A stretch of 29,775 bases of DNA, taken from the IMG/VR virus record IMGVR_UViG_3300022867_000044, positions 1 through 29,775 of that record; one strand, given 5' to 3'. Shown in pieces: positions 15,669 to 23,203 of the stretch (its first letter is position 1; the number at the start of each line of letters is the position of its first letter). A program made the position numbers and the translations under genes. The notes under the pieces are model-generated. The model ran no database searches. It saw only the letters and a list, made by a program, of their open reading frames with translations, and was not told where the DNA came from. Source of the DNA: a virus. Lineage: Duplodnaviria; Caudoviricetes.

Positions 15669-17026
15669 TGGCTCCCGAGACCCCCCAGACTCTACAACCC
15701 AGCCCTCTGACATACCTTTCCGTCTGTTCTGGGATAGAAGCCGCTACCGTGGCGTGGCATGACTTGGGATGGCAGCCGGTTGGTTTCTCGGAGATAGAGC
15801 CTTTCCCCTCTGCTGTCTTGGCGCACCATTATCCCAACGTCCCGAACTTTGGGGACATGTCGGCGTTACCCGCTCGTATCTTGTCGGGTGAAGTTGTTGC
15901 ACCGGACATTTTGTGTGGTGGCACGCCTTGCCAGGCATTCAGTGTGGCGGGACTGCGACAGTCTTTGTCCGATGACCGTGGGAATTTATCCTTAACTTTT
16001 TGTGAGATCGCAAATGCAATTGACACTATTAGAGCAAGACGATGCGAGTCTGCCGGCATTGTCTTCTGGGAAAACGTCCCTGGGGTGCTTAACACCGCAG
16101 ACAACGCCTTTGGCTGTTTTCTTGGGGCAATTGCCGGAGAAGATGGTGCATTGGAGCCGCCAAGGGGAAGGTGGAAGAACGCTGGTTGTGTGTTTGGACC
16201 ACAAAGAGCAGTCGCGTGGCGCGTGCTTGACGCCCAATATTTCGGAGTGGCCCAACGCCGCCGACGTGTGTTCGTTATCGCAAGTGCTCGAGACGGGTTC
16301 AATCCCCTCGAGGTACTTTTTGAGTTCGACGGCGTGCGCAGGGATCTTGCGCCGAGCCGAGAAGCGGGGGAAAAAGTTGCCCCCTGCGTTACAAACGGCC
16401 CTCCTTTCAGTCGCACAGGCAACGAGCGCGTAGAGTGCGAGGCGATAGTGCCGGTTGGCAACGTACAAGGCGGGGACGTGACGACCTTGTCTTCACGCGA
16501 GTACAAGGGCTTGAGTTGTGGCAGGGACGGCATGACATCTGCTGCTGTCATACACACGGCACCCATAGCCCTGCAAGATGTCTCAGGTCGGGACAAGGCA
16601 CAAAATGGTAAGGGCTGGAGTGACACGGCAGGGCCACAAGGTGCGGGCATCAACGAGGAAATCTGCTTCACGCAAAACGCCACGGACGTGCATGGTGTTG
16701 GCACTTACCCAGTCGGTTGTTTCAAGGGCGGAGCGGGTAGCGCAGCGGGTGGTATTGGATACAGCGAGACTCTTAGCCCCACGATTACAGCTGCTGACAG
16801 TGGCTCCAATCGCACGCCGGTCATACATCAGCAAATGCAAGTCAGACGCTTGACCGTGACAGAGTGTGAGAGATTGCAGGGTTTTCCTGACGGCTACACA
16901 GCCATCCCGTGGCGCAAGAAGGCTGCCGAAGACTGTCCGGATGGTCCGCGGTACAAGGCCCTTGGTAATAGCTGGGCGGTGCCCGTGGTCAAGTGGCTTG
17001 GTTCGCGGATCGAGACTCAGTGTTAA
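15668..17026 (+). CDS. C5-cytosine DNA methyltransferase
   Basis: Motifs I (SVCSGIEA), IV (GGTPCQAFS), VI (ENVPG), VIII (QRRRRVF), IX (RRLTVTECERLQGFP) and X (YKALGNSWAVPV). Start taken at the TAATG overlap. Confidence 0.93.
   Translation: MAPETPQTLQPSPLTYLSVCSGIEAATVAWHDLGWQPVGFSEIEPFPSAVLAHHYPNVPNFGDMSALPARILSGEVVAPDILCGGTPCQAFSVAGLRQSLSDDRGNLSLTFCEIANAIDTIRARRCESAGIVFWENVPGVLNTADNAFGCFLGAIAGEDGALEPPRGRWKNAGCVFGPQRAVAWRVLDAQYFGVAQRRRRVFVIASARDGFNPLEVLFEFDGVRRDLAPSREAGEKVAPCVTNGPPFSRTGNERVECEAIVPVGNVQGGDVTTLSSREYKGLSCGRDGMTSAAVIHTAPIALQDVSGRDKAQNGKGWSDTAGPQGAGINEEICFTQNATDVHGVGTYPVGCFKGGAGSAAGGIGYSETLSPTITAADSGSNRTPVIHQQMQVRRLTVTECERLQGFPDGYTAIPWRKKAAEDCPDGPRYKALGNSWAVPVVKWLGSRIETQC
16014..16433 (+). 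CDS. Nested out-of-frame ORF, putative MTase beta-type polypeptide
   Basis: +1 frame inside the MTase. CSLSQVLET..YFLSSTACAGILRRAEKRGKKLP resembles the M.EcoHK31I beta polypeptide as recalled. Start uncertain (GTG 16002 or ATG 16014). Confidence 0.7.
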   Translation: MQLTLLEQDDASLPALSSGKTSLGCLTPQTTPLAVFLGQLPEKMVHWSRQGEGGRTLVVCLDHKEQSRGACLTPNISEWPNAADVCSLSQVLETGSIPSRYFLSSTACAGILRRAEKRGKKLPPALQTALLSVAQATSA

Positions 17027-17065
17027 TGTTCTGATAGGCAAAGTAGGCTTGAATGCCTACTTGGC

Positions 17066-17323
17066 TCAATGTCCTTGAGCCGTGGTCCGTGGACCGTGGT
17101 CCGGTCTGTTTATTTCGATGATCTCGCCCTCTTCAACGTTTTCAATATTGAAGAGCTCGTCCTCTTGCAAGACGGGTCCGATGAAGGCGAGCTGTGAGCC
17201 GTCCTTCTTAGTCAGATAAATCAACTGTAGGCGGTCGCCGGCTTCTGGTTCAAGAAGCCTGATGGCGCCGTCTAGGTGCGTGCCGAAGAGCAGGCGTCCG
17301 TTGTTGTCATTGATCGTGTTCAT
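17066..17323 (-). CDS. Hypothetical protein
   Basis: MNTINDNNGRLLFG..., overlapping the end of the upstream gene. Confidence 0.6.
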   Translation of the reverse strand: MNTINDNNGRLLFGTHLDGAIRLLEPEAGDRLQLIYLTKKDGSQLAFIGPVLQEDELFNIENVEEGEIIEINRPDHGPRTTAQGH

Positions 17324-17603
17324 GTTGAGATAATACCCCAACGAGCTTCTCAATGTAATGACCGGCTTTCTTTAGTTCTTGTATGCTTTCGTCCTTTGTC
17401 CCCATTCGCATGATGTACTTCAGCGCCCCGCCTCGGTAGTAGCCGATCTGCTGCTCGAGCGGCCAAGTGTCGACCACGGCCCACGGCTCCACGCCCATCT
17501 TCTTGTAGTGCTGTCCGCCCTCTTGTCGGTCGTTGGCGTCTAGGCGAGCCTTGAGCAGGTCGCCCAAGGTCTGGGGCTGTGTTCGCGCTTCTGTTAGTTT
17601 CAT
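17307..17603 (-). CDS. DUF3310/SaV-like protein
   Basis: QEGGQHYKKMGVEPW..GYYRGGALKYIMRMGTKD..ELKKAGHYIEKL. ATG 17603 follows a CAGAGAGAA leader. Confidence 0.8.
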   Translation of the reverse strand: MKLTEARTQPQTLGDLLKARLDANDRQEGGQHYKKMGVEPWAVVDTWPLEQQIGYYRGGALKYIMRMGTKDESIQELKKAGHYIEKLVGVLSQHEHDQ

Positions 17604-17628
17604 GGTGTTCTCTCTGTAGGGTTTGTTG

Positions 17629-18117
17629 TTATCCAAAGACGCCTCCACTGATCCAGTTTAGATATTGCCGGTTGACCTGGTGCTGTTGTGTTGCGTTGCG
17701 CTTGGGCACCAGAGCGTGAGCCAAGGCCCGCATGTGCTTGGCCTCTTGCGTGAGTTGGGTCTCAATGGCCGCGATCTGTGAGGGGTCCACTGCGCGGCGT
17801 TTCGCTTCTTGCACTTCGCGACGAGTGGCGGGCTTGGTCGCGTCCGCTTTGTCGCCCCGTACATAAGTCGCGGACATTGACGTGCCCTTCTGTGTCCATT
17901 TTTGGATGTACACGCCTCGTACCCACTTCATCAAGGCCAGAGTCGCTTTGGCCGCGGTAATACTACCGCCTGCTAGGTCGGCTATTTCCAGGGCGGTCAA
18001 GCCATTGGGGTGGCGGGCGATGACGCGCGCGATCTGTGCTTGCAGCGGGTTAGGGGACTCGAAAAAGTCGTTAAAGGTGGTGGGGTTGAACTTATTTTTG
18101 TGTGGCCCTGTGCTCAT
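17629..18117 (-). CDS. Putative winged-helix DNA-binding protein
   Basis: HPNGLTALEIADLAGGSITAAKATLALM...VYIQKW. Confidence 0.6.
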   Translation of the reverse strand: MSTGPHKNKFNPTTFNDFFESPNPLQAQIARVIARHPNGLTALEIADLAGGSITAAKATLALMKWVRGVYIQKWTQKGTSMSATYVRGDKADATKPATRREVQEAKRRAVDPSQIAAIETQLTQEAKHMRALAHALVPKRNATQQHQVNRQYLNWISGGVFG

Positions 18118-18374
18118 GGGTTTAGCTCCTTGTACGTTGCCATTGCCCCGCGTATGAACCCCATCTCGAACGCTTTACGTAGCGTGAAGATGCCGAGCTC
18201 CGCCTTGGGTGTGTTGTCAATAAACTCTTGGGCGCAGACGCCCGCTTCGTTCTGTGCGCGAGTGAACATTTTGTCGCGCTTCTGTCGCTCGATGTCGCGC
18301 CACGCTTCCTCTTCTTCTGGCGTTACCTGTAAGTACGGGTTGGGTCGTGTGTTTTGTGTTGCATTTGTGTTCAT
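18114..18374 (-). CDS. Hypothetical protein
   Basis: 86 aa with ATGA overlaps at both ends. Confidence 0.7.
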   Translation of the reverse strand: MNTNATQNTRPNPYLQVTPEEEEAWRDIERQKRDKMFTRAQNEAGVCAQEFIDNTPKAELGIFTLRKAFEMGFIRGAMATYKELNP

Positions 18375-18601
18375 TTGGATTCTCCTTTGCCCGTGAGCCG
18401 TGTAATGAGGCTCTGGGTCTCTTGTTCTGCAATACCGCTCTCACGGACGTTGCGACTAATCTCAGCGAAGGTGTAGTGGCGTGTCATGAAGATCAGGACG
18501 GTCAAGTCCACGCCTGTTAGTGTGAACACCTTGTCCTTGTTGTCCGCCAGGTGTTGTTCCATAGCGGCAAAGGTGGGTGCGGTAAAGATTTCGTGGTTCA
18601 T
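18371..18601 (-). CDS. Hypothetical protein
   Basis: ATG 18601 with an AGGAG RBS gives MNHEIFTAPT... Confidence 0.65.
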   Translation of the reverse strand: MNHEIFTAPTFAAMEQHLADNKDKVFTLTGVDLTVLIFMTRHYTFAEISRNVRESGIAEQETQSLITRLTGKGESK

Positions 18602-18611
18602 TGTATTTCTC

Positions 18612-19097
18612 CTAGTTATTGTCACAAAGGTCCGTGGGCGTGGTGCTGTATTCGCACATGTCGATCATGTCCTCTGGGTTGCCGGTACGTCTGCTGTAGT
18701 TAAGGCCACCGTCCACGGCTATGGCTCCGCACTTGCATGTAACAAAGTCATGGCGGTGCTTGGAGACGATCAGGTCGCCACACTTCTTGCATTGCAGTGC
18801 GTTGCGGGTGAGGTACTCTTTAGTCACCTGTTTCTCCTTTACCCACAAAATGGGTGGGCGGGTTTTCTCATACTCAGCGACCAGCAGGGTTAGTGGCCAC
18901 ACGAATTCTGTTTCAAAGGTCTCTAACCACCGTGAAAAGCGCTCCCAGTCTCGATCGTGCATGGGAGGCAAGGCGATCTCTTGGGGGTATCCTTCTTCCC
19001 CATGGACATCTATCCGACCCGCTGCCCAGCAGTCGCCGTTCTTAGCGATCCAGTCAGTGTTGATCGGCCCCATCCAGTTTGTGCTGTATGAGATCAT
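18612..19097 (-). CDS. Two-domain hypothetical protein with C-terminal Zn-ribbon
   Basis: Trp-rich N-domain followed by NALQCKKCGD..SKHRHDFVTCKCGAIAVDGG. Confidence 0.7.
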   Translation of the reverse strand: MISYSTNWMGPINTDWIAKNGDCWAAGRIDVHGEEGYPQEIALPPMHDRDWERFSRWLETFETEFVWPLTLLVAEYEKTRPPILWVKEKQVTKEYLTRNALQCKKCGDLIVSKHRHDFVTCKCGAIAVDGGLNYSRRTGNPEDMIDMCEYSTTPTDLCDNN

Positions 19098-19378
19098 CCA
19101 TTCTTCTCCCTAAGTTTGGCTTCGATAGCACTAAAGTCTTTATCGCTCACACTATGCGCTCCCTCTCGTCTCAACTGCGCAATGTTTGCATCCGTCAGCC
19201 CGACCCACGCGTGCTTCTGTGGTGACTGGTATAGTGGAAATCTCTCACTGAGCATACCAAGTACTCCCGATAAACCCGCACCCGATTTAGTCCAAGACAA
19301 CTTCTGTGATATATCTCCCCCGTGTGTTTCTACCGGAACAATCCATGCTACAGGTTCGTGGCTTTCTGCTTTATTCAT
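19094..19378 (-). CDS. Hypothetical protein (EPVAW-type phage accessory protein)
   Basis: HEPVAW...PLY..WVGLTD..AIEAKLREKN. Confidence 0.7.
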   Translation of the reverse strand: MNKAESHEPVAWIVPVETHGGDISQKLSWTKSGAGLSGVLGMLSERFPLYQSPQKHAWVGLTDANIAQLRREGAHSVSDKDFSAIEAKLREKNG

Positions 19379-19550
19379 TACTATCACCCATCTCAAACCA
19401 CTCCCAGACCAGCGCATCAATGGCGGTCTCTATTTCTTGTTTGATCATGTTCTCGTTGGGCGTGTCGGTGTACTTATGGGCGCGGTTCCAGCCGCGCATG
19501 ATGCCATCCTTGATGCACATCTCCAGCACTAAATAAGGTTTGGGTTTCAT
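19371..19550 (-). CDS. Hypothetical protein
   Basis: MKPKPYLVLEMCIKDGIMRGWNRAHKYTD..WEWFE, with a GAGAGAAAA leader. Confidence 0.7.
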   Translation of the reverse strand: MKPKPYLVLEMCIKDGIMRGWNRAHKYTDTPNENMIKQEIETAIDALVWEWFEMGDSNE

Positions 19551-19655
19551 TTTTCTCTCATTCTGGTCATTTAACTGGTTTGTGAACACTTTTACGCACA
19601 CTTTTATGCACATAAATGCACACAAAACATACACTTTTGGTAACTTTATGTAGAC

Positions 19656-19940
19656 TTAACCCAAAATACGCTCGTACTTCAAATCAGTGCCGTTGAGCGC
19701 GTCCAGTTCTTCCTCAGACAGTTCCGTGCCATCGGTATAAAAGCCACGGCTGAAGTAAGCGTCACAAAAGTCAGGGTAGTCGCGGTAGTCGATACCATCA
19801 ATCTCCAAGGTGCAGTAGTCAATGCTCCGTTCTTCGCGGACCAAGTCACGTAGGTCGTCAATCACGGCCATGGTGGTGCTGCTCAGGTTGTCCTTGGTCT
19901 TTAGTTCGTCAATCGCGCGCATGAGTAGTTGTACGTTCAT
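19656..19940 (-). CDS. Acidic hypothetical protein
   Basis: IDGIDYRDYPDFCDAYF motif, with a GGAGAG RBS. Confidence 0.75.
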   Translation of the reverse strand: MNVQLLMRAIDELKTKDNLSSTTMAVIDDLRDLVREERSIDYCTLEIDGIDYRDYPDFCDAYFSRGFYTDGTELSEEELDALNGTDLKYERILG

Positions 19941-19974
19941 CTTTCTCTCCAATCAGTATGTTGTTATTTGCTTG

Positions 19975-20154
19975 TCAGTTGCTTGTCGGGACGTTTGCTT
20001 CTTCGCTTAATGAGGACATGCTCTTGTAGTACGCCCATTTGGCGAGCGTCTCAGGGTCCTCGCTTGGTGGCGTCCAGCCATGGCGGCGAAACAACGCCAA
20101 GACATCTGTCCGGACAGCGGGTGTATAAGCTTGGTGTTCGTCTTTGAGTACCAT
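19975..20154 (-). CDS. Hypothetical protein
   Basis: MVLKDEHQAYTPAVRTDVLALFRRHGWTPPSE, with a GGAG RBS. Confidence 0.7.
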   Translation of the reverse strand: MVLKDEHQAYTPAVRTDVLALFRRHGWTPPSEDPETLAKWAYYKSMSSLSEEANVPTSN

Positions 20155-20180
20155 TTCTTTCTCCAGTATAAAAGGTATGA

Positions 20181-20333
20181 TTAGTAGCAGGTGGTGGTGC
20201 AGTTGCCCTCGTAACAACAGGTTTGGCAGAGGATAACTTTGCCCTCTGGTGTGACAACACGGGTGGAAGTGCACTGAGCATAGACGGCGCCTGCAAAGAG
20301 CAAGCAAAATACGCCAAAAGCAACTTTCTTCAT
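20181..20333 (-). CDS. Secreted Cys-rich mini-protein (50 aa)
   Basis: Manual translation MKKVAFGVFCLLFAGAVYA|QCTSTRVVTPEGKVILCQTCCYEGNCTTTCY. AGGAG RBS and ATGA overlap. Not in the ORF track. Confidence 0.8.
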   Translation of the reverse strand: MKKVAFGVFCLLFAGAVYAQCTSTRVVTPEGKVILCQTCCYEGNCTTTCY

Positions 20334-20500
20334 TTCTTTCTCCTCTCTAAAGTTTGTTCAACTCGGTCGGCCCATTTGTTAAGAGCAACATCGGTACGCG
20401 ACAAAGCCAATTTAAAACAAGAAATCACAAATGCCAAGGGTAAAAACGCCACATAGAAAAATAAAATCACCCACGTAGAGGCGATAGTTAAAAGCTTCAT
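20330..20500 (-). CDS. Small membrane protein (56 aa)
   Basis: MKLLTIASTWVILFFYVAFLPLAFVISCFKLAL...RRKK, with ATGA overlaps at both ends. Confidence 0.65.
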   Translation of the reverse strand: MKLLTIASTWVILFFYVAFLPLAFVISCFKLALSRTDVALNKWADRVEQTLERRKK

Positions 20501-20724
20501 GACAGTGTCTCCTGAATTTCGTCTTCCAAATTAATCAGAGCGGACTCGCTCAAAGCGCCCAGCACACGCACCTTGCGGGGCTTCGTGGCCCGTGGGCCGA
20601 GGACCAAGATATACGCATCGGTGATATCAATCTGTTGCGGCAGATCGAAGTCGGGATCCTGTGGTAGTACGCTATAGCGTACATGAATGTCGAAGAGGGT
20701 TTGTGATTCAAAAACGTGGGACAT
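20497..20724 (-). CDS. Hypothetical protein
   Basis: 75 aa with an AAGGAG RBS. Confidence 0.7.
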   Translation of the reverse strand: MSHVFESQTLFDIHVRYSVLPQDPDFDLPQQIDITDAYILVLGPRATKPRKVRVLGALSESALINLEDEIQETLS

Positions 20725-21220
20725 ATATCTTTCTCCTTGGTGCTACGGGCTCGGGTTTGTCTGGTGCGGGTGGTTCTGCCACGATGGTGCTCTTGTCCAC
20801 GGGTCCTGTCAGTGGGGGCGGGATCAAAAGCTCTTGAATCGTGGGCCGTGGGGTTTTGGCCAATGCTAAGGCCAGCGCTTCGGCCGCTGCTTTAGCGCGC
20901 GCCTTAGCGGTCACGGGCTTGCGGCGTTTGCGCTTGTCGCGTGCGCCCTTGGGGCGACCCATTTTCTTAGGTTGGGGTGGCACTAACTCGAAGGTCTCCG
21001 CGCCTGGTGAGGCTTCTTGCAATAGCCGGTTGAACTCTCGTTCAATGGCGCCCATGGCAGCGTGGCCGATGGTGCAGTCCAGATAGTCTTTTATCTCGCG
21101 CAGCATGTTGTAGTGGTCACGGCGGATCATGATCGTGATCCACGGTTCGCGGCGCTTGCTCGGTGACGTTGGCTTCATTAGCCAATTGGCGCGTGCATAT
21201 TTTCGTTTGTCGTAAGTCAC
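20708..21220 (-). CDS. Putative DNA-binding protein (RHH-like N-part, AT-hook-like GRPKG, Pro-rich tail)
   Basis: Likely GTG start at 21220 after GGAG. Contains WITIMIRRDHYNMLREI and KKMGRPKGARDKRKRR. Confidence 0.6.
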   Translation of the reverse strand: MTYDKRKYARANWLMKPTSPSKRREPWITIMIRRDHYNMLREIKDYLDCTIGHAAMGAIEREFNRLLQEASPGAETFELVPPQPKKMGRPKGARDKRKRRKPVTAKARAKAAAEALALALAKTPRPTIQELLIPPPLTGPVDKSTIVAEPPAPDKPEPVAPRRKIYVPRF

Positions 21221-21274
21221 ACTTTCTCCCTCTCCACCACACTTATGATACATATATCCCGCTATGATATACCC

Positions 21275-21300
21275 AAAAAAAAGCCCGCGCAAGCGCAGGC
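21275..21300 (-). terminator. Intrinsic terminator downstream of polA
   Basis: GCCTGCG-CTTG-CGCGGGC followed by T8. Confidence 0.85.
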
Positions 21301-21334
21301 CAAAAGGTCCTTTCGGAACCAAGGAGAGATTCAA

Positions 21335-23203
21335 TTATACCGCTTCACCCCACGAAGGTCCAATTTCTACATCAACGCGTGAGGGTACTTCCAAATCTGC
21401 GGCTTGGCACATGAGTTGTGCGGCCTCCTCGGCTTCCTCGCGGTTGTTGACACTGAGGGCAAGTTCATCATGCACTTGAAGCAGGATATTAAAGCCCGCT
21501 TTGTGTAGGCGGAGCATGGCCGCTTTGGTCTGGTCGGCGGCCGAGCCTTGGATCAGGCGGTTCAAGCCCTTATAAGTCATGGCGCGCTTGACCCGTGGGC
21601 CGTACTTCACGACGGCCTGTTCGTAGGGCAGTGCCTTGTTGATGCCCCACGCCACGGGCTCGAAGAGCGGGAAGCGGCACTTCCTGCCCAGTAGTGTGCG
21701 AATGCAGCCACCCGATGCCGGATGCTCAATGCGACGCATGACCGCGTCAATCGTGCCACGCAGGAACGGGACCTTGGTGTGGAAGTCTCGAATAATTTCT
21801 CCAGCTTCATCAACAGGTAACTCAAGCTGGGCGGCAATTTTATTCTTTCCGGCGCCATAAGTTATGGACAATCCCAAAACTTTTGCTTGTTTCCGGTCGA
21901 TGCCCGCCATGTCGGCCACCATCTGGTGGAAGTCCGTGTCGGGGTCATCCTTGTAGCTTTGCACCACCTTGTCAACGCCAGGTAGCCCGAGCAGGGAAGC
22001 GTAATGCACAAGAATACGGGGCTCTTGTGAACTGAAGTCATTAGACGCCCATAATTGACCCTCTTCGGGCAAGAACAGGCTACGGATGGCCGGACCGATG
22101 ACTGGGTGCCGTGCTGGCACCTGCTGGAGATTCGGAGAAGCCATAGAGAGGCGTCCTGTGACCGTGCCACCATCATCGGAGCGTAGTTGGTTCACATGGG
22201 GGTGGATGCGTCCGTCAGCAGCAGAGAAGTCCAGATACGGTTGCAAGAAGGTGCCATAGGTTTTGTTGATCTCGCGCGCTTCCACAATAAGCTTTGCCAA
22301 TGGGTGGTAGCAGGTCTCGAGAAACGTTTTGGTAAAGCTTGGCAGGTTAGTCTTGGAGCGCGGGTACTGAATGCCTTGCTTGTCAAAGGCGATAGCCACG
22401 CTAGCCGCGGCCCAGATGTCCACGCCCACGCCTACGCTCTTCTTGATCTCGGCCATGATCTTCTTCTCACGGTCCTGCATCTGGTCAATGAGCCGTGATG
22501 CTTTATCCCTATCGAATTGGATACCCTTATAGGTTAAGTCTATCAGTACAGGCAGCAGTTCTGTTTCAAGATCGAAGATGGATTCCACTTCTTCGCGGCG
22601 CAACAGTGTCTGGAAATGGTGCCAGAGCTTGAGCGTCAGTGCCGCGTCCTGCTCGGCGTAAGCGCCCACGTACATGGCGGGTAGCTTCCACATGTCCTTC
22701 TTGGGGTTTACCCCAAAGTCTGCGGCGGCTTCGCGTAACCCCTGCTCTGATTTCGTTTGTTTGAGGTATTCGAACCCCAACGCATTCAGTGAGTAAGAGA
22801 ACCGATTCTCGTCCAAGACAGCTGCGGCCAGCATGGTATCAATTACCCTACCCTTGATTTCGAATCCCTGAGCCTTGAGCCACCCACAATCGTAGGCGGC
22901 ATTGTGCATGATTTTGTCGCATGGAAGCAACAGTACCTGCTTGATGAAGTTCTCGACGATGCGCTTGTCAAGGTTGCCGCCCCCTTGGTGGGCGACGGGG
23001 TAGTAACCCTGCCATCCGTCTACTGCCACCGCGTAGCCGATGATGTAGCCGTCCTTACGTGGCCAACCTGGACCGTACTTCTCTAGATTAGGGTCACAGG
23101 TTTCCAAGTCGATGGCGATTTCTTTCGCCTCAGAAAGATCGGGAAAACCCTGAGGGGGCATCCACTCAGAAGGTGTAGGGAAAAGCGACATTGTTTTGAT
23201 CAC
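21335..23203 (-). CDS. polA: DNA polymerase family A with 3'-5' exonuclease
   Basis: Exo motifs DLET, HNAAYD, YAEQDA. Polymerase motifs TGRLS..PNLQQ, A (DFSSQEPR), B (RKQAKVLGLSITYG), C (QVHDE). Confidence 0.95.
   Translation of the reverse strand: MIKTMSLFPTPSEWMPPQGFPDLSEAKEIAIDLETCDPNLEKYGPGWPRKDGYIIGYAVAVDGWQGYYPVAHQGGGNLDKRIVENFIKQVLLLPCDKIMHNAAYDCGWLKAQGFEIKGRVIDTMLAAAVLDENRFSYSLNALGFEYLKQTKSEQGLREAAADFGVNPKKDMWKLPAMYVGAYAEQDAALTLKLWHHFQTLLRREEVESIFDLETELLPVLIDLTYKGIQFDRDKASRLIDQMQDREKKIMAEIKKSVGVGVDIWAAASVAIAFDKQGIQYPRSKTNLPSFTKTFLETCYHPLAKLIVEAREINKTYGTFLQPYLDFSAADGRIHPHVNQLRSDDGGTVTGRLSMASPNLQQVPARHPVIGPAIRSLFLPEEGQLWASNDFSSQEPRILVHYASLLGLPGVDKVVQSYKDDPDTDFHQMVADMAGIDRKQAKVLGLSITYGAGKNKIAAQLELPVDEAGEIIRDFHTKVPFLRGTIDAVMRRIEHPASGGCIRTLLGRKCRFPLFEPVAWGINKALPYEQAVVKYGPRVKRAMTYKGLNRLIQGSAADQTKAAMLRLHKAGFNILLQVHDELALSVNNREEAEEAAQLMCQAADLEVPSRVDVEIGPSWGEAV

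Noticed and set aside
15829-16704. 291-aa antisense ORF and other long antisense ORFs over portal, terL and helicases
   Set aside because: They lie opposite well-supported genes and have no recognisable motifs, as expected for shadows in GC-rich coding DNA.
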